From the NCBI GenBank assembly GCA_902515155.1, contig CABXTT010000001.1:12389-76388 (forward strand): a stretch of 64,000 nucleotides of DNA. Direction: 5' to 3'. This document shows positions 27,874-38,135 of this stretch, piece by piece. The notes beneath the pieces are model-generated. The model saw only the letters and a list, made by a program, of their open reading frames with translations. It made no database searches and was not told the DNA's origin. The position numbers and the translations under genes are program-made. Source of the DNA: an uncultured SAR86 cluster bacterium (GTDB lineage Bacteria; Pseudomonadota; Gammaproteobacteria; Magnimaribacterales; D2472). Each line of letters begins with the position of its first letter. The first letter of the stretch is position 1.

Positions 27874-28064
27874 TGTTTTCTCCCTATATATAGGAAGATA
27901 ATTCAGCAGTGCGCTTTTAAGGCTTCTATCAGTAAGTCTTACGTAGTTCTGCTTACTTGATTAACTCTTTACAGAGTTGTTTCTAAACTGTTGTATTTAT
28001 CTTTCTTTTAAATTTTTAACTAGTTTTTCTAGTTATTTACAGACATATCCTATAGATTTGTTAC
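27874..28064 (-). promoter_or_regulatory. rne 5' leader / rne-rluC divergent promoter region with hairpins
   Basis: On the rne strand: AACTAG-aaaa-CTAGTT; AACTCT-gtaa-AGAGTT; AGTAAG...CTTACT; and CUUCCUAUA/UAUAGGGAG (27880-27897), which would pair the SD GGGAG. Confidence 0.35.
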
Positions 28065-28979
28065 ATGCCTGTCAAAAAATTAGAAGTAGACAATGATAAT
28101 ATTGATAGAAGATTAGATAACTATCTACTATCTATATTTAAAGATATTCCAAAATCTAAAATCTATAGCATCATCAGAAAAGGTGAGGTTAGAGTTAATT
28201 CAGGCAGAGTAAAGCCACAACGGAAGCTTAAATTAGGTGATATTATAAGAATTCCCCCTTATCTAGATAATGAAAAAAAATTTGAACAGGCAAAAGCAAT
28301 ACCTGCCAATATTATAAAATTAATTAAAAACAGTGTTATTTACGAGGATTCAAACTATTTTGTAATTAATAAGCCACAAGGCTTGAGTGTTCATGGAGGG
28401 ACTAAAAATACAATTGGTGTGATCTCAGTTATGAGGCATCTTTTTTCTGATTCCATTGATCTATGTCATAGAATTGATAAAAATACTTCTGGATGCTTAG
28501 TTTTATCTAAAAATAAAACATCCAATAAACATTTCAATGAGGAGCTTAAAAAGAAAACTATAAAGAAAAAATATTTAGCTATATTAAAAGGGCACTTAAA
28601 AAGCAATATGCAAATTGATATCCCAATAGATAAATCCTTTTCTACGAATGCTAAATCTTTTGTATCAGATAACGGTAAACAATCTTTATCAAATTTTAAA
28701 ATTCTTAAAAAGCTTAATTCTTCTTGTCTAGTAGAAGTTAGAATATATACAGGGCGAACACATCAAATAAGAGTTCAAAGCAAATACATTGGACATCCTA
28801 TTCTGAACGATAATAAGTACGGAGATAAAGAATTTAACAAAAGTCCATTGTTAAAAAATATAAAAAGAATGGCACTTCATTCCTCAGAAATGGAATTTAT
28901 TGATCAATCAAATAAAACTATCAAAGTAAAAGCGCAAATTGATAAGTCATTTAACGAGCTGCTAGAGCTATTAAAATAA
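28065..28979 (+). CDS. rluC: 23S rRNA pseudouridine synthase (RluC-like)
   Basis: N-terminal S4 domain, HRIDKNTSGCLVLSK catalytic motif and GRTHQIRVQ. Confidence 0.85.
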   Translation: MPVKKLEVDNDNIDRRLDNYLLSIFKDIPKSKIYSIIRKGEVRVNSGRVKPQRKLKLGDIIRIPPYLDNEKKFEQAKAIPANIIKLIKNSVIYEDSNYFVINKPQGLSVHGGTKNTIGVISVMRHLFSDSIDLCHRIDKNTSGCLVLSKNKTSNKHFNEELKKKTIKKKYLAILKGHLKSNMQIDIPIDKSFSTNAKSFVSDNGKQSLSNFKILKKLNSSCLVEVRIYTGRTHQIRVQSKYIGHPILNDNKYGDKEFNKSPLLKNIKRMALHSSEMEFIDQSNKTIKVKAQIDKSFNELLELLK

Positions 28980-29036
28980 AAAAATCTATCAATAATAGTA
29001 TAATTTTGATAGGATACGTTTTTTTTAAGGTTAACA

Positions 29037-29243
29037 ATGGCAGTTCAAAAAAGTAAAGTTACAAGATCAAGAAGGGGGCAAAGAAGATCTCATGATTCTC
29101 TTTCAGCTTCCACATTATCTGTAGATCCAGTTTCTGGTGAAAAACATGCACGTCATCAGATGACAAAAGATGGTTTTTACAAAGGCAGACTTGTAAAAGA
29201 TCTCAGAAAAGTAGAAAAAGAAGCTGAAGAAACAACAGCTTAA
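29037..29243 (+). CDS. rpmF: 50S ribosomal protein L32
   Basis: [20 protein letters not shown]. Confidence 0.95.
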   Translation: MAVQKSKVTRSRRGQRRSHDSLSASTLSVDPVSGEKHARHQMTKDGFYKGRLVKDLRKVEKEAEETTA

Positions 29244-29245
29244 AT

Positions 29246-30166
29246 ATGCCTAGGCATATAAGTTTACTTTTTCCAGGTCAGGGATCTCAATCTACTGGGA
29301 TGCTAGACGACTTTGACAACTCAAAAATCAATCCAATTAGAAAAATATCTAATAATCTTTTTGATTTTGATTTAGTTGATGTCATTAAAAATGGACCAAA
29401 CGATCTTATTAACCGAACATCAATAACGCAACCGGCTCTTTTAGCAACCTCTTTTCTATATTTTAAAAAATTTTTAGCACTCTCGCAGACCCTACCTAAT
29501 ATATTAGCAGGCCACTCTTTAGGAGAGTATTCAGCACTCGTTGCCGCGGAAAGCATTACCATGGAAGATGCGATGTCTATTGTTCATAAAAGAGGCTTAT
29601 TTATGGAGTCATGTCCAAAAGGTGGTATGTATGCAATTTTAAATTTTGATTTAGATTCAATTAATAATATATGTAATAAAGTTTCATTAGAATTAAATGA
29701 TGTCGTCTCTGCAGCAAATATAAACTCAGAGAATCAAGTTGTTATTGCTGGCAGTCTTGAAGCAGCAAAAAAGGTTGCAGATGATTGTAAAAACGCTGGT
29801 GCAAAAAGGTGCATTCAGTTAAATGTAAGTGTAGCTTCTCATTGTAATTTAATGGAAGAGGCATCAAAACAATTATCGTCTGAATTAGATAAATTTATGT
29901 TCAAAGCCCCAAAATTTCCAATTATCCATAATATTGATGCTGAATTTGAAAATAATCCAATTAACATACCTATAAAACTTGAGAAACAATTAACTTCTCC
30001 TGTTCAATGGGTTAAAACTATGAAGTATCTTCATAATAAAAATGGAATAGTTATCGAATGTGGTCCAGGTAAGGTTTTATCAGGTCTTGCTAAAGCAAAC
30101 GGTTTGGATAATATATTATCAATGTCATCAGAAAATTTTGAAGAAAATTTTAGAAAATTAATATGA
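29246..30166 (+). CDS. fabD: malonyl CoA-ACP transacylase
   Basis: FPGQGSQ, GHSLGEYSALV and the VASH motif. Confidence 0.9.
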   Translation: MPRHISLLFPGQGSQSTGMLDDFDNSKINPIRKISNNLFDFDLVDVIKNGPNDLINRTSITQPALLATSFLYFKKFLALSQTLPNILAGHSLGEYSALVAAESITMEDAMSIVHKRGLFMESCPKGGMYAILNFDLDSINNICNKVSLELNDVVSAANINSENQVVIAGSLEAAKKVADDCKNAGAKRCIQLNVSVASHCNLMEEASKQLSSELDKFMFKAPKFPIIHNIDAEFENNPINIPIKLEKQLTSPVQWVKTMKYLHNKNGIVIECGPGKVLSGLAKANGLDNILSMSSENFEENFRKLI

Positions 30167-30879
30167 ATAAAGAGATTATTTTTATATCAGGAGCATCACG
30201 TGGCATAGGTTTATCAATGGCTAACTATTTTGCAGATGCTGGACATATTGTTATAGGCACATCAAGAAATAATTTTAAATTTGAAAACAACTCAGCCAAT
30301 TTAATACCTATTAAACTAGATATTACTTGCAGAGACTCTGTTAAAAATTGTATAGATTCTCTAAAAGAAAAAAATCTTATACCTTCAATTTTAATAAATA
30401 ATGCTGGAATAACTTCAGATCAATTATTTCTTAGAATGAAAGACGAAGACTGGGATGCTGTTGTTTCAACAAATCTAACTGGAACTTTTAATTTATCAAA
30501 AGCTTTAATAAAAAATATGTTAAAAAATAAATTCGGTAGAATTATAAATATTTCATCTGTATCTGGTTTAATGGGAAATCCTGGACAAGTTAACTATTCA
30601 TCTGCAAAAGCTGGCTTGAGTGGATTTACAAAATCTTTAGCAAAAGAAGTTGGTTCTAGAGGCATTACTGTAAATTCTGTTGCACCAGGTTTTATTGAAA
30701 CTGACATGACATCATTTTTAGACTGTGATGCTAAAAATGAAATTGTTAAAGATATTCCATTAAAACGAATGGGTTCAACTACGGATGTTACTTTGCTTGT
30801 AGCCTTCTTAATTAGTCAAGAGGCTTCTTATATTACAGGTCAAACCATTTCTGTTGATGGTGGTTTGTATATGTATTAA
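30163..30879 (+). CDS. fabG: 3-oxoacyl-ACP reductase
   Basis: GASRGIG, NNAGIT and YSSAKAG (YxxxK). Lies between fabD and acpP. Confidence 0.9.
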   Translation: MNKEIIFISGASRGIGLSMANYFADAGHIVIGTSRNNFKFENNSANLIPIKLDITCRDSVKNCIDSLKEKNLIPSILINNAGITSDQLFLRMKDEDWDAVVSTNLTGTFNLSKALIKNMLKNKFGRIINISSVSGLMGNPGQVNYSSAKAGLSGFTKSLAKEVGSRGITVNSVAPGFIETDMTSFLDCDAKNEIVKDIPLKRMGSTTDVTLLVAFLISQEASYITGQTISVDGGLYMY

Positions 30880-30938
30880 GTATGTGCATCTTTTTATTAT
30901 TAGGGTAAAATAATCAAGTTTTCTAATAGGGAGTTAAT

Positions 30939-31169
30939 ATGAGCGTTGAAGATAGAGTAAAAAAAATTGTAAGTGATCAATTAGGTAAGTCTATAGATGA
31001 GATAGAAAGTGATTCTTCATTTGTTGACGATCTTGGTGCTGATTCTCTAGACACTGTTGAATTAGTGATGGCTTTAGAGGAAGAATTTGATTTAGAAATT
31101 GCAGATGAAGATGCTGAAAAAATCTCAACTGTTAATGAGGCTGTCGACTACATAAACTCAAACTCTTAA
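30939..31169 (+). CDS. acpP: acyl carrier protein
   Basis: [20 protein letters not shown] with the phosphopantetheine Ser. SD gggag. Confidence 0.95.
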   Translation: MSVEDRVKKIVSDQLGKSIDEIESDSSFVDDLGADSLDTVELVMALEEEFDLEIADEDAEKISTVNEAVDYINSNS

Positions 31170-31287
31170 AAAAGAACACAAATTTCTCAATTCATCTGTC
31201 ATAAGGCAGTAATCTCTATTAGTCTTTGTAAACGTTTAAGCTATTGTCTTAACTTTCACACATTTATATTTAAATGATTATAGTAAA

Positions 31288-32244
31288 ATGAACTTTATGA
31301 AATACATAACAATTTTTGTTATAGCAATTCTTTCCTTTATTGGACCATACAAAGCATTCATTAACTTTGTTCCAAATAACGCAATAAACTCAATAGTTAT
31401 AAATAATGGAGACTCAATGAATGATATTGTTAAGCAATTAATTCCAGATTCTTTATTAAATAAAGTATTATTCAGAACTTTTCTTAAACTTGAATCTATT
31501 GATTCCTTTAAAAGTGGCGAGTATGAAGTTCTAAATAAATCACTTATCGAAATATTTATTCTATTCAAAGAGGGAAAAACCATTACACATAAATTGACTA
31601 TTCAGGAAGGCTCAACAATATATGATTTACAAAAACTTCTTGATAATAGTTTTTTAATAAATAATTGTTATTATCTGGATTGTATCGACAGTCAGTATCC
31701 TTTTAAAGAAGGTATTTTATTTCCAAACACATATTTTTATAAAAAAGATATGCTCGCATCATCTATTATTAAACAAAGTTATAACAAACTTGATTTAGTT
31801 CTTTCAGAGCTTTGGTCTAAAAAGCCACCTAATAATATTTTAAAGGATAAAAATGAAGCTCTAATACTTGCTTCTATAATAGAAAAAGAAGCAGGCAATG
31901 ATAATGAAAAATCATTAATAGCTAGTGTTTTTCTAAAAAGAATAGAGATAGGAATGAGACTTCAAGCAGACCCAACGATAATATATGGACTATTACCAAA
32001 TTTTGATGGAGATATTAAAAAATCTGATATTCTTGATAAGAATAATCCATATAATACATATATGATTAAAAGCTTGCCTCCAACTCCTATAGCCATTCCA
32101 TCACTTACCTCTATTGAGGCAGCAGTTTTAAGTACCCCCGGTGAATATTTATTTTTTGTAGCAAATACTCCTACTTCGCATTATTTTTCTAAGACTTATG
32201 ATGAGCATCTCTCTATGATTAAAACTTTGGGTTTAAATAAATGA
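31288..32244 (+). CDS. mltG: endolytic murein transglycosylase MltG (YceG)
   Basis: N-terminal anchor, then LASIIEKEAG and LQADPTIIYG. Confidence 0.85.
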   Translation: MNFMKYITIFVIAILSFIGPYKAFINFVPNNAINSIVINNGDSMNDIVKQLIPDSLLNKVLFRTFLKLESIDSFKSGEYEVLNKSLIEIFILFKEGKTITHKLTIQEGSTIYDLQKLLDNSFLINNCYYLDCIDSQYPFKEGILFPNTYFYKKDMLASSIIKQSYNKLDLVLSELWSKKPPNNILKDKNEALILASIIEKEAGNDNEKSLIASVFLKRIEIGMRLQADPTIIYGLLPNFDGDIKKSDILDKNNPYNTYMIKSLPPTPIAIPSLTSIEAAVLSTPGEYLFFVANTPTSHYFSKTYDEHLSMIKTLGLNK

Positions 32245-32837
32245 AGATTATTAGTTTCGAGGGAATAGAGGGTGTTGGAAAATCAACTCAAATAAAATTA
32301 CTCAATGAGTATTTAGGTTCAAAAGGATTAAAGACAGAAATTCTAAGAGAACCAGGATCAACAGTAACTGGTGAAATGATTAGAGACATTCTATTAAATT
32401 CAAAAGAAAGCCTGTCGTCTGAGTCTGAATTATTATTGATGTTTGCTGCTAGAGCTCAACTAATTCATGAAAAAGTAATTAATTCTAAAAATGATATTAT
32501 TTTATTTGATAGATTTTATGATGCTTCTATTGCCTATCAAGGTGCCGGTAGAGGCTTGTCTATAGATTTCATAGAAAATCTAATTGCTTTTAGTAAATGC
32601 CCATCACCGTTAATAACATTCCTGTTAGATATATCTGTAAAAGATGGTTTCGCAAGGAAAGCCGAAGATATTAAAGATAGAATCGAATTATCTGGTGATA
32701 AATTTTTTGAAAAAGTTAGAGAGGGCTATATTTCTTTATCGAAACAATATCCTGAAAGAATTAAGTTAATTAATGCCAATAATTCAGTAGAAAAAATACA
32801 TCAAGATATTCTTAAAGAAATAGAGATAGTTATATGA
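32241..32837 (+). CDS. tmk: thymidylate kinase
   Basis: FEGIEGVGKSTQ P-loop and a DRF..S motif. Confidence 0.9.
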   Translation: MKIISFEGIEGVGKSTQIKLLNEYLGSKGLKTEILREPGSTVTGEMIRDILLNSKESLSSESELLLMFAARAQLIHEKVINSKNDIILFDRFYDASIAYQGAGRGLSIDFIENLIAFSKCPSPLITFLLDISVKDGFARKAEDIKDRIELSGDKFFEKVREGYISLSKQYPERIKLINANNSVEKIHQDILKEIEIVI

Positions 32838-33808
32838 ATTTGAATCAATGCAGATGGTTAAATGACGTCTTTGATTCTATTAATTTTGAGAACCTTCCAC
32901 ATGGAATTATCATTAACGGATCAACAGGTATTGGAAAAAAAATTCTTGCAAAAGAAATAGCCAATAATATTTTATTAAATTTTAAGAAAGATAATAATTT
33001 CAAGCATCAAGTACTTTTTGATAAAAATACCCATCCTGATTTTTATTTACTCGACAAAGATAAGATTGGTGTAAATGACATTAGCAGAAGAGATAAATGG
33101 GATGAAGAAAAAGGCTTCAGAGATGTAGTAACTTTTTTAACAATGACTCCTTCAATATCAAAAAACAAAGTGGTGTTAATAATGAATGCAGATTTAATGA
33201 ATAATGCTGCTCAAAATGCATTATTAAAGTCCTTAGAAGAGCCAGCGCCATACTCATACATAATTATGACTACAAATAGGCCTAAAGCCTTAAACCAAAC
33301 TATTTATAGTAGATGTAGGCAAATTAATATAAACAATTTAAGTGTAATTGAAACTAACCATTGGTTAGAAAAAGTTGGTGTAACAGACTATAACGCAATG
33401 GACTTTCCAAGTTTTGCAACGCCTTTTGATATTCTTCATGACATTCAAAATGATAACCACAACTCATATAAAGAATTTATTTTATTAATGAATGACTTCA
33501 TGTTTAGTAAGATAGATCAACCACAAGCTATAAAATTGTTTACTGATATAGATATTAACTTTATTGGGAAAATAAATTTTTTGGTAGAATTTCTAAAAAT
33601 AATATTAGCTTCCAAATTAACCGACAATCAATTGAGCGGAGCTTATAAAAATTTCAATATTGCAAAATTTAGCAATTTAAAAATATCAAATATTATTGAT
33701 GATTTGAACAATCTTAGGTTCGATTTCTTTAATGTCTCTTCGATTAATGAAACTCATGTATTGAATTATTTCTTTAGTGAATTAAAAGTATCTATTAGAC
33801 AATCGTAG
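32834..33808 (+). CDS. holB: DNA polymerase III delta' subunit
   Basis: Positioned after tmk. Contains GSTGIGKKILAKEIA, NALLKSLEEP and the SRC motif (YSRCRQ). Confidence 0.8.
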   Translation: MNLNQCRWLNDVFDSINFENLPHGIIINGSTGIGKKILAKEIANNILLNFKKDNNFKHQVLFDKNTHPDFYLLDKDKIGVNDISRRDKWDEEKGFRDVVTFLTMTPSISKNKVVLIMNADLMNNAAQNALLKSLEEPAPYSYIIMTTNRPKALNQTIYSRCRQININNLSVIETNHWLEKVGVTDYNAMDFPSFATPFDILHDIQNDNHNSYKEFILLMNDFMFSKIDQPQAIKLFTDIDINFIGKINFLVEFLKIILASKLTDNQLSGAYKNFNIAKFSNLKISNIIDDLNNLRFDFFNVSSINETHVLNYFFSELKVSIRQS

Positions 33809-34583
33809 TTCCGCCATCAACAACAATGGTTTGACCATTTATGTAACTTCCAGCATTTGATGCAAGCATCACTGCAACACCTGCTATTTCATCTGGCTCA
33901 CCAATTCTTTGCATAGGAGTTGTTCCTAGAACTGATTTGAGTATCTCAGGATTCTCCCATAAGGCTTTAGCAAAATCAGTTTTAATTAAGCCTGGAGCTA
34001 TTGAATTGGCTCTAATATTTTTGTGACCAAACTCTGCTGCTATATTTTTTACAATCATTACATCTGCAGCTTTACTAATATTATAAGCACCTAGTATAGA
34101 GCTTCCCTTAATAGCAGCGATACTTGAAACTATAATTATCGATCCTGCTTCTTTTTCAATCATATGAGGAATGCATAAATTACATAGAATCTGATTTGAT
34201 CTTATATTGTTATGCATTACTTTATCAAATTGCTCATTAGACATATCTAGCATAGAGCCCATGTAGGTATTGGTAGCAGCATTACATACCAATGTATCAA
34301 TACTTCCTAAAGTTTCTAAAGATGCATTTACTAAGTTTTGAAGTTGATCTTCATTACCAATATTACACTCAATAGGAAAAGCCACTTCTTTTCCAATAGA
34401 TTTATTAATCTCTTCAGCAGTTTCTTTACAAGCATCTATTTTTCTAGATGATATTATTACGTTAGCGCCCATCAGTGCAGACTGGTATGCTATAGCTTTA
34501 CCAATTCCTCTAGAGGAACCAGTTATTAGAATAGATTTATTTTTGAGATCAAATAAAGACATTTTAAGATTATAATTTAACAA
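33795..34583 (-). CDS. SDR-family oxidoreductase
   Basis: TGSSRGIGKAIA, NAAT and the catalytic Y-NISK-A triad. Confidence 0.85.
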   Translation of the reverse strand: MLNYNLKMSLFDLKNKSILITGSSRGIGKAIAYQSALMGANVIISSRKIDACKETAEEINKSIGKEVAFPIECNIGNEDQLQNLVNASLETLGSIDTLVCNAATNTYMGSMLDMSNEQFDKVMHNNIRSNQILCNLCIPHMIEKEAGSIIIVSSIAAIKGSSILGAYNISKAADVMIVKNIAAEFGHKNIRANSIAPGLIKTDFAKALWENPEILKSVLGTTPMQRIGEPDEIAGVAVMLASNAGSYINGQTIVVDGGTTIV

Positions 34584-34599
34584 TTAAAGGAATATTAAC

Positions 34600-34827
34600 A
34601 TGATTGAAATATACGGAAAAACATTTTGCCCATATTGCGATAAAGCAAAAAACCTCTGCGAAAGAGAAGGGCTTGAATATACCTATAAACAATTGGATAC
34701 AGATTTTTCTAGAGATGAATTCTTTAATATATTTCCAACAGCAAGAACTTTTCCTCAAATTAAAATTGATGGTAATGATGTTGGTGGTTACACAGAGCTA
34801 GAATTTTGGTTACAAAATAAGGATTAA
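34600..34827 (+). CDS. glutaredoxin (CPYC type)
   Basis: 75 aa. IYGKTFCPYCDKAK and TFPQIKIDGNDVGG. Confidence 0.85.
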   Translation: MIEIYGKTFCPYCDKAKNLCEREGLEYTYKQLDTDFSRDEFFNIFPTARTFPQIKIDGNDVGGYTELEFWLQNKD

Positions 34828-34829
34828 TT

Positions 34830-36524
34830 ATGGAACAATTTAACGATTTTTTACTTTTTCTTGACAGTAATTTAAGTGGCTCAGTCTGGTTCCCCGCATT
34901 GTTAATAGGTACGGGTATATTTTTTACTATTTATCTAGGTTTTCCACAATTTAGATTTTTTGGTAAGGCATGGGGTCTCGTTTCAGGAAAAAATAATAAA
35001 TCAGATGCCGAAGGTGAAACAACTGCATTTGAGGCATTAACAACAGCTATGTCTGGTGCAATTGGTACTGGAAATATTGGTGGAGTCGCTCTAGCTATTT
35101 GGACAGGAGGTCCTGCTGCAATATTCTGGATGTGGATTACTGCAATTTTTGGCATGACAACAAAATTTGTGGAAGTGACTTTAGGTCATAAATATAGAAC
35201 AAAACTTGAGGATGGCTCTATTTCTGGTGGACCTATGTATTACATAGAACATGCCTTAAATATGAAATGGGTAGGTATTCTTTTTGCATTTTTAATGATG
35301 ATTACTGCAATAGGTTCTGGAAATATGCCTCAAATCAATAATATAGCCCTTGTCATGAATACTGAATTTTCTGTACCTAAATTGTTTACTGGTTTATTTT
35401 TAGGTGTTTTGCTTTGGGTCATTATAATTGGAGGTATAAAGAGAATAGCCTCTGTGGCAAGTAAAATAATTCCAATTATGGGCTTAATATATTTTGGAGG
35501 CGCTTTAATAATCCTAATAGAAAATTATCAGAATATTATTCCATCATTTAATGCAATTTTTGCGCAAGTTTTCACTGGTTCTGCCGCGGTAGGTGGATTT
35601 TTAGGAGCTAGTTTTGCAATGAGCTTAAAGTATGGTGTTGCAAGAGGTTTATATTCTAATGAAGCTGGTCAAGGGTCCTCTCCAATTGCTCATGCATCAT
35701 CTAAAAATACATCAATTGATCAAGGCGTTGTATCAATATTAGAACCATTTATAGATACTATTGTTGTTTGTAGTGTTACAGCTTTAGTTATTTTATCTAG
35801 TGGAGCATGGACTCAAAAATTTGATACCTCTTTCTCTAAAACAGATATGATTATTCTTGAGGGTATTTATAGCGATAAAAAAAATACTGATGGAGATTAT
35901 TTGTATCCAGATCATATTAATGAATTAACAAAATATGTTCAAAAAATGGATTCAAATGTTAATGAATTTTCAGGTTTATTAGCGATCGAAAATGGTAAAT
36001 TAATCACAGACAATATTACAGTTATCCATTCTAGATCGATAGCTGAAGATGTAATTGTTTCATCCTCTTTCGCAAAGTCAGATGACCCGAATTCCAACCT
36101 GTATTCAGGCTCATTGAATGTAAAAAAAGGTAAGGTTGTTGAATCTGTATTTTTTGAAGGCAAATCATTGGTAAGTTCTGCTCAATTAACTGCTAAAGCT
36201 TTTTCTCAAGGAGTGCTCGGTGAGTATGGTGGAAAACTTGTAGCTATAGCATTACTTTTATTTGCATTTTCTACTGCCATAACATGGTGCTATTATGGAG
36301 ATCGATCTACAGCATATATTTTTGGTGAAAGGGGCGTATTTTGGTATCGAAATGTATACGTTCTCTGCTTCATGCTCGCGGCTGTTATTGATACAACTAT
36401 AGTTTGGAATATTGCTTATGTTGTCGTCGCACTGGTTTCAATACCTAATTTAATAGCATTATTCTTTTTAAGAAATGAAATGAAAGATTTAACTAACGAA
36501 TTTGTGGTCAAAAACTTTAAATAA
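34830..36524 (+). CDS. alanine/glycine:cation symporter (AGCS) family transporter
   Basis: TTAMSGAIGTGNIGGVALAIWTGGPAAIFWMW and GLYSNEAGQGSSPIAHA are AGCS hallmarks. Confidence 0.85.
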   Translation: MEQFNDFLLFLDSNLSGSVWFPALLIGTGIFFTIYLGFPQFRFFGKAWGLVSGKNNKSDAEGETTAFEALTTAMSGAIGTGNIGGVALAIWTGGPAAIFWMWITAIFGMTTKFVEVTLGHKYRTKLEDGSISGGPMYYIEHALNMKWVGILFAFLMMITAIGSGNMPQINNIALVMNTEFSVPKLFTGLFLGVLLWVIIIGGIKRIASVASKIIPIMGLIYFGGALIILIENYQNIIPSFNAIFAQVFTGSAAVGGFLGASFAMSLKYGVARGLYSNEAGQGSSPIAHASSKNTSIDQGVVSILEPFIDTIVVCSVTALVILSSGAWTQKFDTSFSKTDMIILEGIYSDKKNTDGDYLYPDHINELTKYVQKMDSNVNEFSGLLAIENGKLITDNITVIHSRSIAEDVIVSSSFAKSDDPNSNLYSGSLNVKKGKVVESVFFEGKSLVSSAQLTAKAFSQGVLGEYGGKLVAIALLLFAFSTAITWCYYGDRSTAYIFGERGVFWYRNVYVLCFMLAAVIDTTIVWNIAYVVVALVSIPNLIALFFLRNEMKDLTNEFVVKNFK

Positions 36525-36539
36525 ATTTTTATACAAATA

Positions 36540-37529
36540 ATGATCTTTAGAATTGCTAGTTACATTTTGTTATTTGTTATTCTTTCGTCATGTGGCGGAG
36601 GTGGTGGGTCATCAATTGAAAATAATAACAATTCAATAACTCAGCCCCCCAACAATCCATTTGTTTATATTCCTCCTTCAACTACATCAACTGATAATTG
36701 TGTAGCAAAGTCTCAACCTGTTGCTAATAGCTGGCATGAAGATTTCAACTCAAACGAGTTAAATATAAATGATTGGTCTTACGATGAGGGTTGTAATGAC
36801 AATGGTGGTGGATGCAATGGAAACAATGAAGCACAAAACTACACTTCAAATGATTCGGATAATTTATTTATTGAAGACGGGTATCTTAAAATTCAACCAA
36901 TTTATGAACTAAATACTGGCTCTGATGGAGTCAATCAACAATATACTTCTGCAAAAATTTATACTAAAGATAAAAAACTATTTACTTATCCAGCCAAAAT
37001 ATCAATTTGTTTCAAAGTTCCAGAGGGGACTGGAATGTGGCCTGCAATATGGATGATGCCTAATGCAGATGTTCCTTGGCCAACTGGAGGTGAGATTGAT
37101 CTCATGGAAGCGAGAGGAAGAGCTGCTCTTGCCAATGTTATGGGTTCAGCAGTTCATTTTGGAGAAGTGTGGCCTAATAATAAATACATATCACAAAATG
37201 TTAACTCTGCAGTTGGCAATGATTTTCAAACATACTTTCATTCAATCACTTTTATATGGCAGGAGGATAAGATTGAGATGTATTTAGATCAAGAATCTTC
37301 TCCATTTTTTTCAGTAACGCCAAATTCCTATCTTTTGAATCAATACGATTATCCTTTCAACAGTAGTTTTTATATGATTTTAAATGTAGCAGTAGGCGGA
37401 CATTTTGATAATTATGCTCTCGATAGTAGCCATTTTTGTATAGATGCTGATTGTACAAATTTTTTAGATAATCCAGACAAAAAAAGAATGACTGTTGATT
37501 GGATTGAGTACCTTCCTATATCTAATTAG
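36540..37529 (+). CDS. GH16-family beta-glucanase (laminarinase-like) lipoprotein
   Basis: Lipobox LSSCGG with a Gly/Asn linker. Catalytic GEIDLMEA (ExDxxE) and WPAIWMMP. Confidence 0.8.
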   Translation: MIFRIASYILLFVILSSCGGGGGSSIENNNNSITQPPNNPFVYIPPSTTSTDNCVAKSQPVANSWHEDFNSNELNINDWSYDEGCNDNGGGCNGNNEAQNYTSNDSDNLFIEDGYLKIQPIYELNTGSDGVNQQYTSAKIYTKDKKLFTYPAKISICFKVPEGTGMWPAIWMMPNADVPWPTGGEIDLMEARGRAALANVMGSAVHFGEVWPNNKYISQNVNSAVGNDFQTYFHSITFIWQEDKIEMYLDQESSPFFSVTPNSYLLNQYDYPFNSSFYMILNVAVGGHFDNYALDSSHFCIDADCTNFLDNPDKKRMTVDWIEYLPISN

Positions 37530-38130
37530 CTGAAGAAGATCTTTTCTCAAGTTCTTTAATAACTGCTTTTAAATTTGTTCCTTGTTGGTTAAGTAATACA
37601 AGTAGATGAAATAAGAGATCTGCTGATTCTTCAACAACTCTTCCGTCAGCAGTCACTGCAGATATAGAGGTTTCACCAGCTTCTTCTGTTAGTTTTTTAG
37701 ATATCTCTTTAACACCTTTATTAAAGAGAGAAGATACATAAGAATCAGACTTATCTTCATTCTTTCTTTGTTCTATAATTTTTTCAAGAACCTCAAGGGT
37801 AAAAACTAATTTATTATCATGAGGTTCATCAAAACAAGATTCAGTACCTAAGTGACAGGTAGGGCCAAGCGGAGTTGCTTTTATAAGAAGAGCATCCTTG
37901 TCACAATCAAGAGACATTTCATCTATTAAAAGCTTATTTCCAGAAGTCTCACCTTTTGTCCACAAACGTTTTTTTGACCTACTAAAAAAAGTTACGATCT
38001 TTTCGCTAAGAGACTTATTAATTGATTCAAGACTCATATAACCAACCATTCGTATTTCTAATGTTTTTGAGTCTTGAATAATTGCAGGTATTAATCCTTT
38101 TTCGTCCCATTTAATATTTTTAATTTCCAT
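37522..38130 (-). CDS. hisIE: bifunctional phosphoribosyl-AMP cyclohydrolase / phosphoribosyl-ATP pyrophosphatase
   Basis: GLIPAIIQD and RLWTKGETSGN (HisI), plus the C-terminal EEAGE...ESADLLFHLLVLL (HisE). Confidence 0.9.
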   Translation of the reverse strand: MEIKNIKWDEKGLIPAIIQDSKTLEIRMVGYMSLESINKSLSEKIVTFFSRSKKRLWTKGETSGNKLLIDEMSLDCDKDALLIKATPLGPTCHLGTESCFDEPHDNKLVFTLEVLEKIIEQRKNEDKSDSYVSSLFNKGVKEISKKLTEEAGETSISAVTADGRVVEESADLLFHLLVLLNQQGTNLKAVIKELEKRSSSAN

Positions 38131-38135
38131 TTTTA

